In this document: piece after piece, positions 9,449 through 19,561 of the stretch | Layout: every line of letters starts with the position of its first letter | Numbering within the stretch: the stretch's first letter is position 1 | Assembly (NCBI GenBank): GCA_965248575.1 | Contig: CBDFJQ010000002.1 | Location: 2,240,001 to 2,304,000, forward strand | DNA: 64,000 bases | Origin: Planctomycetota bacterium | Lineage (GTDB): Bacteria > Planctomycetota > B15-G4 | Reading direction: 5' to 3' | Notes under the pieces: generated by a model | Database searches by the model: none | What the model was told of the DNA's origin: nothing | What the model saw: only the letters and a program-made list of their open reading frames with translations | Program-made: the position numbers and the translations under genes

Positions 9449-10774
9449 TCAGGCGATCACTCCCGGGAAGTTGACCGTGTGCCCCGGGAAGACCGTCGCC
9501 AGGTCGACGTTGTCGAGTCGCTTGCCCAGGATCTCACCCAGGACGTCGCGGTAGTCGGTGGTCAAGGCCAGGTCACCGTTGTCGAGGTTCACGTCGGCCA
9601 GACCGGGCCAGGTGCCGTGGACCTGTCCGCCGAGGACGCTGCCACCCATCAGCATCATCAGGCCGCCATGGCCGTGATCCGTTCCGAGGCTTGCGTTCTC
9701 CGCCACGCGCCTGCCGAACTCGGAGTGCGCGGCCACGACCACGCTGTCCATGCCGAGACCCATGTCGCTGTCGAAAGCGGCCAGGGACCTCGACAGATCA
9801 TCGAGCAGGTCCGCGAGGTCACCGGACAGGGGGCCTTCATTGGAATGGTGATCGAATCCATTCATCTCCAGCATGAGCACCTCCACGCCCAGGTCGGCCT
9901 TGATGAGCGCGGCGCACTGGGCGAGCCCCACCCCGAGGTCGGTGCCCGGGTAGGTCGCCCCACCGGCTGGCGAGTAGCCGGCGAAGTCGATCGTCGCCAG
10001 CAGGTCGATCGTGCCCAGCGTGTTCACGGCCGCTGTACCGAGCGGCGCCGGTAGTCCGTCGTACATCGACTCCAAAGTGGCGCGGCGTGCGGGGGCGCTG
10101 GTCGGGTCGCCAGGGAATTCGTAGGCAGAGAGATCTGGGATGGGCAGCGTGCGCGGTGCCCCCGTCAGACCTACTGGCAGGACCTCCTGCACGGAGAGGC
10201 AGCGCACGGGCGCGGCGCTCACAGCTGGTGTGGTCATGAAGTGGCGTGCCATCCAGCCCTCGTTGACTGCGCTGAGCGCCTGGCCAGGGATGCCCAATTC
10301 CATCTTCTGGAAGGCGTCGAAGTGCGAGCGGCTCGGGTCGGGCGAGCCCGCGGCGTGCACGAAGGCCAGCCGCCCCGCGTTGTACGGAGCCAGAAGCGGT
10401 GCAGCGACCGGGTTGAGTCCGAAGAATCCGTCGAGATCGAGGGCTCCGTCGACGAAGCCCGGCGCGGCGATCGCCAGGTTCGGCCTGGCCGCATACAGAT
10501 CGCCGTCTCCGTAGGGCACCACCACGGACAGTCCGTCAATGCCTCCACGCAAGAGGATGTAGACCAGCACGTCGCGCCCCGAACCCGGTGTCCCACCAGC
10601 CATCGCGACGCGTGGCATCCACGCCGGGCCGGCGAGTGACGCGGCTGCGGTGAGAGTCGCGTTGCGGAGAAAGCGCCGTCGACTCCAGCCCAGGTACTCG
10701 TCACAGCCGCCTGATGTGCGATCGCTGCTGCCCGTCGCGGCGCGTGTTCCCGGATCCGGTCTCTTTGTCGTCAT
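9449..10774 (-). CDS. DUF1501 family protein (Tat substrate)
   Basis: SRRRFL Tat motif; LRGGIDGL, RSHFDA, FDHH, SEFGRRVAEN..GTDHG, TTDYR. Confidence 0.92.
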   Translation of the reverse strand: MTTKRPDPGTRAATGSSDRTSGGCDEYLGWSRRRFLRNATLTAAASLAGPAWMPRVAMAGGTPGSGRDVLVYILLRGGIDGLSVVVPYGDGDLYAARPNLAIAAPGFVDGALDLDGFFGLNPVAAPLLAPYNAGRLAFVHAAGSPDPSRSHFDAFQKMELGIPGQALSAVNEGWMARHFMTTPAVSAAPVRCLSVQEVLPVGLTGAPRTLPIPDLSAYEFPGDPTSAPARRATLESMYDGLPAPLGTAAVNTLGTIDLLATIDFAGYSPAGGATYPGTDLGVGLAQCAALIKADLGVEVLMLEMNGFDHHSNEGPLSGDLADLLDDLSRSLAAFDSDMGLGMDSVVVAAHSEFGRRVAENASLGTDHGHGGLMMLMGGSVLGGQVHGTWPGLADVNLDNGDLALTTDYRDVLGEILGKRLDNVDLATVFPGHTVNFPGVIA

Positions 10775-10787
10775 GCGAGCGCTCCGA

Positions 10788-12239
10788 TCAAGACCACTGG
10801 TAGCTGGGACAACTCGCCGCCAGTGCGATGAGTTCGGCCACCTGCGGCCAGTTGATGATGGGCATTCCGGCGGCGTGGACGTCGAGTGCCGCGCGGTCGG
10901 CGGCCGACAGCCCACCCCCTGTCAACAACTGGGAGAGCGCGCTGCCCCAGCCCAGCGCCTGCGTGCTGGACAGCGACTCCAGGATCGATGAGGGGTCGAT
11001 GCTCGCAGCCGTGCAGGTGCCATCCAGCAGACGGCTCGCCAGCGACCAGCGCGGCTGCAGCCCCGAACCCCAGGCCACCAGCGTGTCGGGGTAGCCGTCG
11101 GGCGTGGGCCAGTCGAACGGTGACTGCCCCATCACGCGCAACTCCCCCACCAGCGCCGGCTGCAACTCGTAGTCAGCCACCGGAGAAAGTGTCGCGCCCA
11201 GGGCCCGGAACAGCCCGGCCACAAAATGCTCGGGACGCTTGAGCTTGGGATTCTTTCCCGGGCGCATGTCCTGGAAGGCCTGCGGCCCGAGGACCACGCG
11301 CAGCATGGATTTGATGTCACCATTGGTGGAGACGTAGACGTTCGCCACCGAGGTCACCAAGTCCTCTGACGGCTGGTAGACACCGAACCAGCGCAGCAAC
11401 TTGCGTCCCAGGAAGCGCCCAGTGGACGGGTGCTGAAGCAGCATCGTGATGAGTTGGTCGCCGTCGACCATGCCCTGGCCCGGCGGAAAGACCTGCCCGA
11501 GCACGACCTTCTGTCCGTCGTCATGGGTCGCGGCATCGAAGCCGAACACACCGAAAGTGGGTGTCTGCCAGGCGGAGTTGAAAGTCCAGCCGGTGAGGCA
11601 GCGTGCGGCCTCCTTCACGTCGTCCTCGCCGTAGCCGCCACCAACACCGAGCGTGTGCAACTCCATCAACTCGCGCGCGTAATTCTCCTGCGGTCCGCTG
11701 AGCGTGTTGGTGTTGTTGTCGAGGTACTGGAGCATGGCCGCGCTCTGCGCCGACGCGCGCAACATGTCGTGGAAGGACCCGAAGGCGTGCGCTCGGATCA
11801 CCGTCCGGTCGTCCGTCAACTTGTGCATCCGGACGCCACCGTCCTTGTGGAAGATGCTCAGGTGATCGGTGAAGAAGGCCACCGTGCGTTCGAAGAGCTG
11901 GCGCCGGCTGGTGATGCCACGAATGAGCGCCGACTGCTTGAGCTGGAACATCGGAGTTGCAACGTGCGCCCCTGTGTAGCCCGCATCGATCATCTGCGCG
12001 GACGTCATCGGCAGTGTATCGAGGGGTGCTAGCAATGCGTCGGTGGCGGAGTCGTCGATGGACAGGTGGTCGAGGTGGTACTCCACGTAACCCACATGCC
12101 CCAGTGCCTGGGCCCGCTGCCACTCCTCCTGCGAGAAACCGTTGGTCACTCGATTGACCAGGGATCGCAGGGTCTTGAAATTGCTGGGGGGCTGCCCGGG
12201 ACTGAGTCCTGCCCGCGGGATTCCGATCGTGCTACCCAT
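10788..12239 (-). CDS. DUF1800 family protein
   Basis: AMLQYLDN, ENYARELMELHTLGV, DVKEAARCLTGW, HDDGQKVVLG, PTPDGYP; directly upstream of DUF1501 as usual. Confidence 0.92.
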   Translation of the reverse strand: MGSTIGIPRAGLSPGQPPSNFKTLRSLVNRVTNGFSQEEWQRAQALGHVGYVEYHLDHLSIDDSATDALLAPLDTLPMTSAQMIDAGYTGAHVATPMFQLKQSALIRGITSRRQLFERTVAFFTDHLSIFHKDGGVRMHKLTDDRTVIRAHAFGSFHDMLRASAQSAAMLQYLDNNTNTLSGPQENYARELMELHTLGVGGGYGEDDVKEAARCLTGWTFNSAWQTPTFGVFGFDAATHDDGQKVVLGQVFPPGQGMVDGDQLITMLLQHPSTGRFLGRKLLRWFGVYQPSEDLVTSVANVYVSTNGDIKSMLRVVLGPQAFQDMRPGKNPKLKRPEHFVAGLFRALGATLSPVADYELQPALVGELRVMGQSPFDWPTPDGYPDTLVAWGSGLQPRWSLASRLLDGTCTAASIDPSSILESLSSTQALGWGSALSQLLTGGGLSAADRAALDVHAAGMPIINWPQVAELIALAASCPSYQWS

Positions 12240-12482
12240 GGATTCTCCTTCCACCCATCCACGAGTTTCGTGGACCGGACCCGAGCATAGACCAATTGCA
12301 ACTGGGCGTGAGAACACAAGCGAAACGAGGCTCAGCCTGACGATGGGACACGACGCCGTCAGCAGCGGCGGACGAACCCAAGACGCTTCACCGATGCGCC
12401 GCGCACTCTCCATCGCTCGCGCACGCTTCATCACCTAACCTCCGACGAAATCGCCTTCCCGATCCCGTTCGCGAGCTTCCGC

Positions 12483-14204
12483 ATGTTTACCTCCACCGTC
12501 GTTCTGGCTGCGTCGCTCATCGTCGGCAACGCCGACCCCGTCCGGTCCATCGCCGATGACTACCTCGCCGGATACGCCCGGATGGAGTCCTACGCGTCGC
12601 GGCTCTACGGCATCGACACCGACCCAGGTCAGCTCATCGGTGAAAACTCGCCCGAGGCCATCGCCGCGTGGACCGGGCAACAGCAAGAGCTGCTCGCGCG
12701 CCTCGACGCCATCGATCCAGACGCCTTGCCCACCGCGCATCGTCGGCTCTACTCGGACGTGCGCGGGAAGCTCGAGGCGGCTCTCGCCCTGCGGGTGTGC
12801 CGGCCCGAGCTCTGGCCGATCAACCATCTGGCCGGCTGGCACTTGAACCTGCCCGGCACCATGGCTGAAGCGTTGCAAGATCACGCTGCACCAGCGGATG
12901 CTTCGTTTCTCGACAGCTGGGCCGAGCAGTTGGTGGCGTTCCTCGACCAGGAGGAGCGCAACCTGCGCACCGGATTGGAAGAGGGCTTCAGTTCGCCTCG
13001 CAGCGTGGTGCTTCAGGTCGCCGCTCAGTACGACGAATTCGCGCAGCCGGACAGCAGCCTGCTGGGCATCAACTCCAGCTTGTCGTCAGATGCCGCAGCG
13101 CACTGGAACGAGCTGTTCCGCTCGACCCTCGCGCCCCGCTTCGGCGAGTACGCCGCATTCCTGCGGGACGACTACGCACCGCAAGCGCGTGAGAGCCGTT
13201 CCCTGTCGGCACTTCCCAGCGGCCTCGCCGGCTACGAGGCCTACGTACTGCACCACACTGGCGCGCGCATCGATCCCGCCGAGCTCGCTGTCCAGGCGCA
13301 GCAGCTGGTGGACGAGGCGCTCGCCAAGTTCACGTCCCTCGGCGCGAGCCTCTACGACACGCCAGACTACGCCTCCACCTTGGCTGCCGTTCGCGCCGAC
13401 TACGGACAGGCCATCCGCAGCCCCGAGCGCGCGCGAGAGTACGCCCAGTCCAGCGTGGACCGCCTGCTGAAACTGAGCCGCCCGTACTTCCACGAGCTAC
13501 CTGAGAACAGCGTCACGGTGGAGCTCTATCCCGAGAGCGAATGGGGCAGCGGCTCCGAGGCGAGCTACCGCCCTGACTTCAGCCAGGGCTACCACGGCAG
13601 GTACTTCCTCAATCCGCAGACGTTGAGCGGGGTGATCCCGCGAGCCATCGAGTCGACGGCCAGCCACGAGACGGCACCGGGTCACCACATTCAGGCGATC
13701 GTCGCGCGGCACGCACGGGACGGCGCCGATGAACCGACCCATCCCATCCTGACGCTGGGCATGAACAACGCGTTCGTCGAGGGGTGGGCGCGCTACGCCG
13801 AGCGGCTCGCTATCGAGGAGGGCCTGCTCGAGCACGCTGGTGCCGCGCTCGGATTCTGGCAGGGCTACGGCATGCCACTGCTGATCGACGTCAGCCTGCA
13901 CTCCGGCGCGCTCACCGAGGACGAGGTCATCGACAAGATCCTCGCGCTGAGCGGTGTTGATCGAAGCATGGTCGACCCCGCGGCGCTCGAGCCGATGCTC
14001 GACCGATTCGCGATGATGCCTGCGCAGGGCATCACCTACGACCTCGGCGGCGACTTCATCTACCAGTTGCGGGAGCGAGCCAAAGAGGCGCTCGGCGAGG
14101 ACTTCGACATCCGCACGTTCCACCGGCTCGTTCTTGAGGAGGGCTCGGTGACGTTGGCGAGGCTCGCAGAGAAGGTCGAGGCGTGGATTCAGGGCGAGTC
14201 GTAG
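12483..14204 (+). CDS. DUF885 family protein, secreted
   Basis: HETAPGHHIQ, AFVEGWARYAE, PAQGITY, FDIRTFHRLVLEEG. Confidence 0.9.
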   Translation: MFTSTVVLAASLIVGNADPVRSIADDYLAGYARMESYASRLYGIDTDPGQLIGENSPEAIAAWTGQQQELLARLDAIDPDALPTAHRRLYSDVRGKLEAALALRVCRPELWPINHLAGWHLNLPGTMAEALQDHAAPADASFLDSWAEQLVAFLDQEERNLRTGLEEGFSSPRSVVLQVAAQYDEFAQPDSSLLGINSSLSSDAAAHWNELFRSTLAPRFGEYAAFLRDDYAPQARESRSLSALPSGLAGYEAYVLHHTGARIDPAELAVQAQQLVDEALAKFTSLGASLYDTPDYASTLAAVRADYGQAIRSPERAREYAQSSVDRLLKLSRPYFHELPENSVTVELYPESEWGSGSEASYRPDFSQGYHGRYFLNPQTLSGVIPRAIESTASHETAPGHHIQAIVARHARDGADEPTHPILTLGMNNAFVEGWARYAERLAIEEGLLEHAGAALGFWQGYGMPLLIDVSLHSGALTEDEVIDKILALSGVDRSMVDPAALEPMLDRFAMMPAQGITYDLGGDFIYQLRERAKEALGEDFDIRTFHRLVLEEGSVTLARLAEKVEAWIQGES

Positions 14205-14290
14205 GGAGGCCTGTGGGTCCTGTCTTGTTCAACCAGTACGTGGACAGTCCGGAGCGCTGACCGAGGGCTTGCACCACAGGACCTGACTGT

Positions 14291-15298
14291 TTACGAGGTG
14301 GTCGCGAGCAGTCCGTTCGAGAGCGTGATCCCCGCGGGCACCGAGCCGTCCTGCACGAGGAATTGGAACCAGACCTGCGTGCCGGGAGACAGGCCCAATG
14401 GCCAGGTCGTCGAGCCCGAAAAATCACCGGACCCGTCCGCGAGGAAGAAGAGCTGGTTCGCGGTGGGATGCGCGTGGATCGTGCCGCCGAGTGCCGAGAA
14501 GGGCGTGGGAGCGAAGGAAATCCACGCGAGCAGCAACGCGTTCGACGGCGCGTTCGCCAGGTCGACGGAAGCGCTGGTCCCGCCGACGAGCGTCCCCGTC
14601 CCGGAGAGGGTGGGCTGCCCGTTGATGCCCGTCGTGCCTCCACCGAGGTCCGTCCACGTGTCGTAGGCCGCCCCGTACTGCAAGTGGTCGACCTCGACGC
14701 CACCAGGGATTGAATGTGTCATCGTGATGGCCGAGATGCCACCCGAGGAGATCACTCCGAAGAAGCGGTCTTCAGCCGTCTGCCCGAAGAAGCTGGTATC
14801 CGCGAACCCACCCGAGGGACCCACCATGCCCAGGGACGCCCCGCCAGGACCGAACGCTTCGAGTGTCACGGTCACCCCGACGGTGCCATCCGTCCAGACG
14901 AGACCGGCATGCGTGGGCAGCGTGCCGAGGGCACCGGCATCGAAGTTGAAGGTGAGCGAAGCGGGGTTGCCCTGGGTGTAGAGGTCATCCCCGTTGAGCC
15001 CGCTGCCGTCGATCACTCCGTCGTCTTCGTCCACGGAGTCGTGGCCCGTGGGATCAATGAGACTGACGGCACTACAAAACGCGACATCGCTGCAGGTCAA
15101 ACTCACGCCGGGCGTGTTGAGCAGCGCGTCTTCGAAGTCCTCGAGATGGAAGTACTGGAAGGTCGAGCCGGCGAACGGGCTGTCGCCGGCAAAGCTGAGG
15201 TACGGGGTAGGCCCCAGGAAGGTCTGCGCAGGCGTGGGCGCGGCCAGGGCGTACGCCACGAGCACCCCGCACGTGAGTGTGATATTAAAGTTCCGCAT
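14291..15298 (-). CDS. Secreted protein with acidic N-terminal domain and shared C-terminal module (type A)
   Basis: GGAGGA RBS; signal peptide; LEDFED, DSVDEDDGVIDG, AEDRFFG, EVDHLQYG; last 121 aa align without gaps with 5508 and 59996 C-termini. Confidence 0.88.
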   Translation of the reverse strand: MRNFNITLTCGVLVAYALAAPTPAQTFLGPTPYLSFAGDSPFAGSTFQYFHLEDFEDALLNTPGVSLTCSDVAFCSAVSLIDPTGHDSVDEDDGVIDGSGLNGDDLYTQGNPASLTFNFDAGALGTLPTHAGLVWTDGTVGVTVTLEAFGPGGASLGMVGPSGGFADTSFFGQTAEDRFFGVISSGGISAITMTHSIPGGVEVDHLQYGAAYDTWTDLGGGTTGINGQPTLSGTGTLVGGTSASVDLANAPSNALLLAWISFAPTPFSALGGTIHAHPTANQLFFLADGSGDFSGSTTWPLGLSPGTQVWFQFLVQDGSVPAGITLSNGLLATTS

Positions 15299-15596
15299 GG
15301 CTCATCCTCCACCAAGTACTCGACCAGGGTTCGACGATCAGTGCACCGCCCGACCGGCCGTCGGCCATCCCGGATCCTGATGCGAAACCCTGGTGGTGGT
15401 CAGACGAGACGCGTCGGACGCTCAAAGCATCCTAGACCCGCGAGCGAAATCCCGACAGCAGTCGCCGAGCGCGAATTGCCCAGCGAGGAGAAATAAGGGG
15501 AGATCGGGGGGGGGCATCTGACGCACAAATGACCCCGTGCAAAATGTCGGAGGTCACTCCAAGCGGGACTCGCTCCCTCCACCGTGCGCCAACGCC

Positions 15597-15690
15597 GCGC
15601 TTGCAGGAAGCCCAGGAGAGCCGGAGCTGCTGACATCGGCGGTCGTAGTGGGGTGGGTCTGGTCAGAATGCACTGGCCGCGCTACGGTGC
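15597..15690 (-). mobile_element. Degenerate 5' end of the same transposase family as 7603 and 22730
   Basis: MSAAPALLGFLQA aligns codon for codon with LSTATARLCLLQA at 22770-22808; upstream ccgtagcgc...tgacca shared with that copy. Confidence 0.5.
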
Positions 15691-15746
15691 CCTGAGTGGA
15701 TGCTGGCGCAGCCTTTTTGGGGAGCCACGGGGAGAGGAGAGAGTGA

Positions 15747-16421
15747 ATGGACTCACAAATGGGGCCCGGCGCTAATCAATCGACCACTGACGGGTCGACT
15801 TCCACTCCCAATAGTCTTCAAGTCGAGGAGTACAAGGCGACCAGAGCAGACCTCCTAAAACGGCAAGACCGCAAGCTCCACATAACCATTGCGTACGCCT
15901 CCGTGTGCGCCGCAGTGTGGGCATTAGTTCTCAAGGCATCAGGCGATCAATCAGAAAGTATCCCCAACATCCTGCCCCTGCTGCCTCTCGTTGCGGTATC
16001 CCTCGGCACCATGCTGGTCTACGTTGAGGACCACACGATCAATCAACTCTCGATGTACTTGCTCCTGTTCTATGAAGAGCAAAATTACGAATTGTACTGG
16101 GAACGTTTCTTGCAACGAAAGCGATCGCGTGGCAAGAAAACGTTCGACTCCAAGATTCGATTCTTCGTAGCCAGGGCCGCAATCCCCTACGGGTGCATAT
16201 TCACATCGATTGCTCTGTGGGGCTACAAGACCGAACAGTTGGGTGAAGCAACTGTTTTTGAATATGTACTCATGTCCCTCACTGTGCCGATCTCAATTAT
16301 CTCAGTTTGGTACGCATCTCGATCATATTCTGGACGCATCCGCGATAACCTAATGAAGCACGAGCGGGAGACGCGAGACAAACTGCAAGGCAACATGCGC
16401 GATGATCCTATTGGCCAGTAG
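15747..16421 (+). CDS. Hypothetical four-TM membrane protein with atypical, AT-richer codon usage
   Basis: 224 aa ORF with GAGGAG RBS; two pairs of hydrophobic helices; many A/T-ending codons (CTA, AAA, ATA, TTA). Confidence 0.75.
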   Translation: MDSQMGPGANQSTTDGSTSTPNSLQVEEYKATRADLLKRQDRKLHITIAYASVCAAVWALVLKASGDQSESIPNILPLLPLVAVSLGTMLVYVEDHTINQLSMYLLLFYEEQNYELYWERFLQRKRSRGKKTFDSKIRFFVARAAIPYGCIFTSIALWGYKTEQLGEATVFEYVLMSLTVPISIISVWYASRSYSGRIRDNLMKHERETRDKLQGNMRDDPIGQ

Positions 16422-16477
16422 GGTCTGTGGCCGTAGCTAGACACGCTTCCCTTACGCCCTGTCCCTCCCGCTGACTC

Positions 16478-16533
16478 CGGCCGCCTTCCCGATCATCCAA
16501 GTTGGCCAACACGACCATGGGTTCGAGCTGCGG
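16478..16533. repeat. Dispersed intergenic repeat, copy 2
   Basis: Same orientation as and similar to 5310..5367. Confidence 0.6.
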
Positions 16534-16604
16534 TTGGACGGATCATGTGCCAAGTGGACCCCCGGTTCGCGTGTAGGGCCAGCAAGCCGTGACCAGTGCA
16601 GGTT

Positions 16605-16991
16605 CTACTTCTTGAGGCTCCAGGAGCCCGTGCCTTTGCACGCGATGTAGAGGAATGCGAAGCAGTAGACGACCGCCAGCTCGCCCTGGTTCACGGCCGG
16701 GAAGAAGTTGGAATCGAACTGGAACTTCCAGTGAAACTGGAAATAGGCCACGGCCATGGTTCCGCTGGCGAGGAACGCCGCCCAGCGCGTGAACAGGCCC
16801 AGGGCGATGCAGGCGCCGGCTGCCAACTCGATGACGCCTCCAACCCAGAGTTGGGACATGATCTCCGGCTGCTGATCACTGAGGACACCGAACACCTTCT
16901 GGATGCCGTGGAATGCGAGCAGTGCACCGAGGACGGTGCGCATCACTCCGTAAGCGCGTTCGGACTGAAGGGCGAGGACTTTAGCCAGCAT
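16605..16991 (-). CDS. DoxX family membrane protein
   Basis: FHGIQKVFG, GVIEL, GLFTRWAAFLASGTMAVAYF..H, NQGELA, GTGSWSL. Confidence 0.92.
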   Translation of the reverse strand: MLAKVLALQSERAYGVMRTVLGALLAFHGIQKVFGVLSDQQPEIMSQLWVGGVIELAAGACIALGLFTRWAAFLASGTMAVAYFQFHWKFQFDSNFFPAVNQGELAVVYCFAFLYIACKGTGSWSLKK

Positions 16992-17043
16992 GATGGGACT
17001 CCCGTGAGAGATGTTCGAGCGCTGCTCCAGGACACGAACGGCT

Positions 17044-17949
17044 TCAACGCACGCCCAGATTCTGGGCGACGACCCCACCCACCCCACCCTGCTGGACCTG
17101 CACCAGGTAGCTCTGTTCGTCCACGGACTGGAAGACCGACAGCCACCGGTTGCTGAGGAGGCTGGGAGTGTCCTGCAAGCTTCCAGCGCTTCCGGCCGGA
17201 AAGAGGGTGATATCAGGGTTGGCCGGGAGAAAGGTCGCCGTTCCCGCCACGACGACCGACCCGTCGCCTTGCGTGTCGAACGCACTCGCCGCCAGCATCA
17301 CATCGATGGTCAACGCTGGCACAATGCCCGATGTGCCGCTGTTGGAGTCCCAGCTAATCCAGCTGGGAGCACTCAAATGGAAGGTGAAGCCGATGCCCGC
17401 CTTGGCAGCGAGCTTGCGCGACTTGCCCAGCTTCTTGCGCAGAGTGCCGTGGCTCTTGGCGAGCAGCTTGTCAATCTGACCCGCGAAAGCGTCGAGCGTG
17501 CCGCCGTCAGCGTAGGAGAACCCGTCGGGATAGGGACCAAAACCACCTTCGGCGGCAAACAGCACATTCAGCGCGTCACTCTTCGCAACGGCGACTGACG
17601 CGCGGGCGTCGGAGATGTCCTGTACGAGCCCCCCCTGGAAACTGTCGAGAGCTTCGCCGAGATCGATCAGTGACGCGGCGCTGTAGTTGTCGTTCTTGAG
17701 ACCGATGTCGAAGACCTTGATCTGCGCGGTGAGCACCGACTGGGCGGCGGACATCTCACCCTTGAGCACCTTGAGCGCATCCTTGGTGGCGACCTTCAGC
17801 GCCTTCTGGGCAATCTTCGCGTCCTGACCGGCGGCAGCCGGCGCTGCGACGAGCAGGCAGGCGAGCGCCAGGCCGGCGGCAACGCCAGCGCGGGCAACGC
17901 CCCGCTGAGGACCGGCTCTCGAAACACGAAGACGCGCCAGGTGATGCAT
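17044..17949 (-). CDS. Secreted hypothetical protein (Lys/Ala-rich helical N-half, beta-rich C-half)
   Basis: Signal peptide ending APAAAG; resembles 53383..54318. Start uncertain. Confidence 0.75.
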   Translation of the reverse strand: MHHLARLRVSRAGPQRGVARAGVAAGLALACLLVAAPAAAGQDAKIAQKALKVATKDALKVLKGEMSAAQSVLTAQIKVFDIGLKNDNYSAASLIDLGEALDSFQGGLVQDISDARASVAVAKSDALNVLFAAEGGFGPYPDGFSYADGGTLDAFAGQIDKLLAKSHGTLRKKLGKSRKLAAKAGIGFTFHLSAPSWISWDSNSGTSGIVPALTIDVMLAASAFDTQGDGSVVVAGTATFLPANPDITLFPAGSAGSLQDTPSLLSNRWLSVFQSVDEQSYLVQVQQGGVGGVVAQNLGVR

Positions 17950-18121
17950 GTTTCCCGCTCCTCGATGCATGGGTTCCCGCCCCGATCGTCGGCTTGCGAT
18001 GACGATCGGCGGCATCCTAGCACGGAGCTTGCGAGTGGCCGGGCGCTCGCGAACGCTTGGGCGACGCGCCGACCACCACGCCCTGGTCGCGATCGCCGGT
18101 CCGGGTCCGTAGGATCAGCTC

Positions 18122-19024
18122 ATGACCGACCCCGAGCCGTGCACGGGCTACCTCGCCGCGCGGGGTTGCGAGGAACAACTGCGTGCCGAGCTCGGTGACG
18201 TAAGCGAGGAAATCGGTCGGCTCATGTTGGCGCCCGGACCGGCGCGACCCGCGGCCTGGGCGGCGAACATCTGGCACGAGCCTCAGCGACTGACGATCGA
18301 GTCCATCGGCCACGCCGCGCGGACGCTGCGCACGATCCAACGCAACTGGATGCTTTACTCCACCGCGCACCATCGCCGGGCTGCACTCGTGCAGGAGAAG
18401 CTGCCCCACGTCAGCGCCCGCCCCTTGGTGTTCCCCCAGCCCGCACCGACGGCGCCGTTGGGTTCGTGGACCCTGTTGGACGCCCACACGCTGCTCGCCG
18501 CAGGTCGCTGTTCAAGCGCCTTCCCCCATGGCGAGATGGAGTTCGTTCAGGATCGCGAGAGCCCACCAAATCGCGCCTACCTCAAGCTGTTCGAGGCGCT
18601 CACATTGCATGGCAGCATGCCCGGGCCCGGCGACACCTGCCTCGACCTGGGGAGCAGCCCCGGGGGCTGGACGTGGGTCCTGGCACAGACCGGCGCGCAC
18701 GTGATCAGCGTCGACAAGGCCCCGCTCGACCCGCGCATCGCCCAGCTCCCGAATGTCGAGTTCCGTCAGGAGAGCGCCTTCGGTCTGGACCCGAATGGCA
18801 TGCAGGATGTCCGCTGGTTGTGCTGTGACGTCGCCTGCTACCCCGAACGCCTGCTGGAGCTCGTGAAGCGCTGGCTCGACACGTGCCCCCACATGATCTG
18901 CACGCTCAAGTTCCAGGGCGAGACCGATCACGCCACGTCCGCACGCTTCGCCGCCATCCCCGGAGCGCGCCTGACGCACCTGCACCACAACAAGCACGAG
19001 TTGACCTGGATGCTTGGCGGGTAG
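18122..19024 (+). CDS. FtsJ/RlmM-like SAM-dependent 2'-O RNA methyltransferase
   Basis: RAYLKL, DLGSSPGGWT, SVD, CDV, TLK, HELT give the K-D-K-E tetrad. Confidence 0.85.
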   Translation: MTDPEPCTGYLAARGCEEQLRAELGDVSEEIGRLMLAPGPARPAAWAANIWHEPQRLTIESIGHAARTLRTIQRNWMLYSTAHHRRAALVQEKLPHVSARPLVFPQPAPTAPLGSWTLLDAHTLLAAGRCSSAFPHGEMEFVQDRESPPNRAYLKLFEALTLHGSMPGPGDTCLDLGSSPGGWTWVLAQTGAHVISVDKAPLDPRIAQLPNVEFRQESAFGLDPNGMQDVRWLCCDVACYPERLLELVKRWLDTCPHMICTLKFQGETDHATSARFAAIPGARLTHLHHNKHELTWMLGG

Positions 19025-19124
19025 AGGAGCACGCGAAGCCTCACTCCAGGGCAGTGTTCGTTGGCCTACTCGAAGGCCTTGCGCAGGTCGTCAAGGTCAA
19101 GATCGTCAACCCTGGAGATCACCG

Positions 19125-19430
19125 TGAGTTCGAACCCGCCAGGTTCACGCGACGGGTCTTCAGCTCGATCACGAAGAGCACGTAGTAAGTCGTCAGCTCC
19201 CTCGGCGTCCAGACCTCTGTGGAGAAGAAGTCCGTGACCGCGACCAGCTCCCAATGAGCCTTGGGGAGGACCTCCACGACGACGGCCTGTCGGGCGCAGG
19301 CTTGATCATATTCATCTTCATGAGGCCCGCTCGGCCCACCCGCATCTTTGCATCGAACGTACACTTCAAGCTGATAGCGATCAGGTTGCGGAGCCCGAGC
19401 ATGATCGTGTAGGGCGTGACGATCGTTGCG
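19125..19430 (-). mobile_element. Internally deleted, frameshifted integrase-core transposase relic
   Basis: Reverse strand reads ATIVTPYTIM..RNLIA..RVGRAGLMK / IKPAPDRPSSWRS / KAHWELVAVTDFFSTEVWTPRELTTYYVLFVIELKTRRVNLAG. Confidence 0.85.
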
Positions 19431-19561
19431 GGCGACTGGGTCTCTAGACAGTTCGGGATTCAGGCTGCATGATTCAGCAGTGCGTCGATTCTTTGCGCGT
19501 CCCTCGCTCACCCACTTGAAGGATTCGCATCGACTCCGACCCACTCGATCCGCAGCGGCCC

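Noticed and set aside
15323..15394. Imperfect inverted repeat accagggttcg / cgaaaccctggt in the leader of 14291..15298
   Set aside because: No recognisable riboswitch motif; could be chance in GC-rich DNA.
16504..16539. Possible integron attC site after the atypical gene
   Set aside because: Only 36 nt between imperfect R boxes, too short, and no integron integrase in the window.
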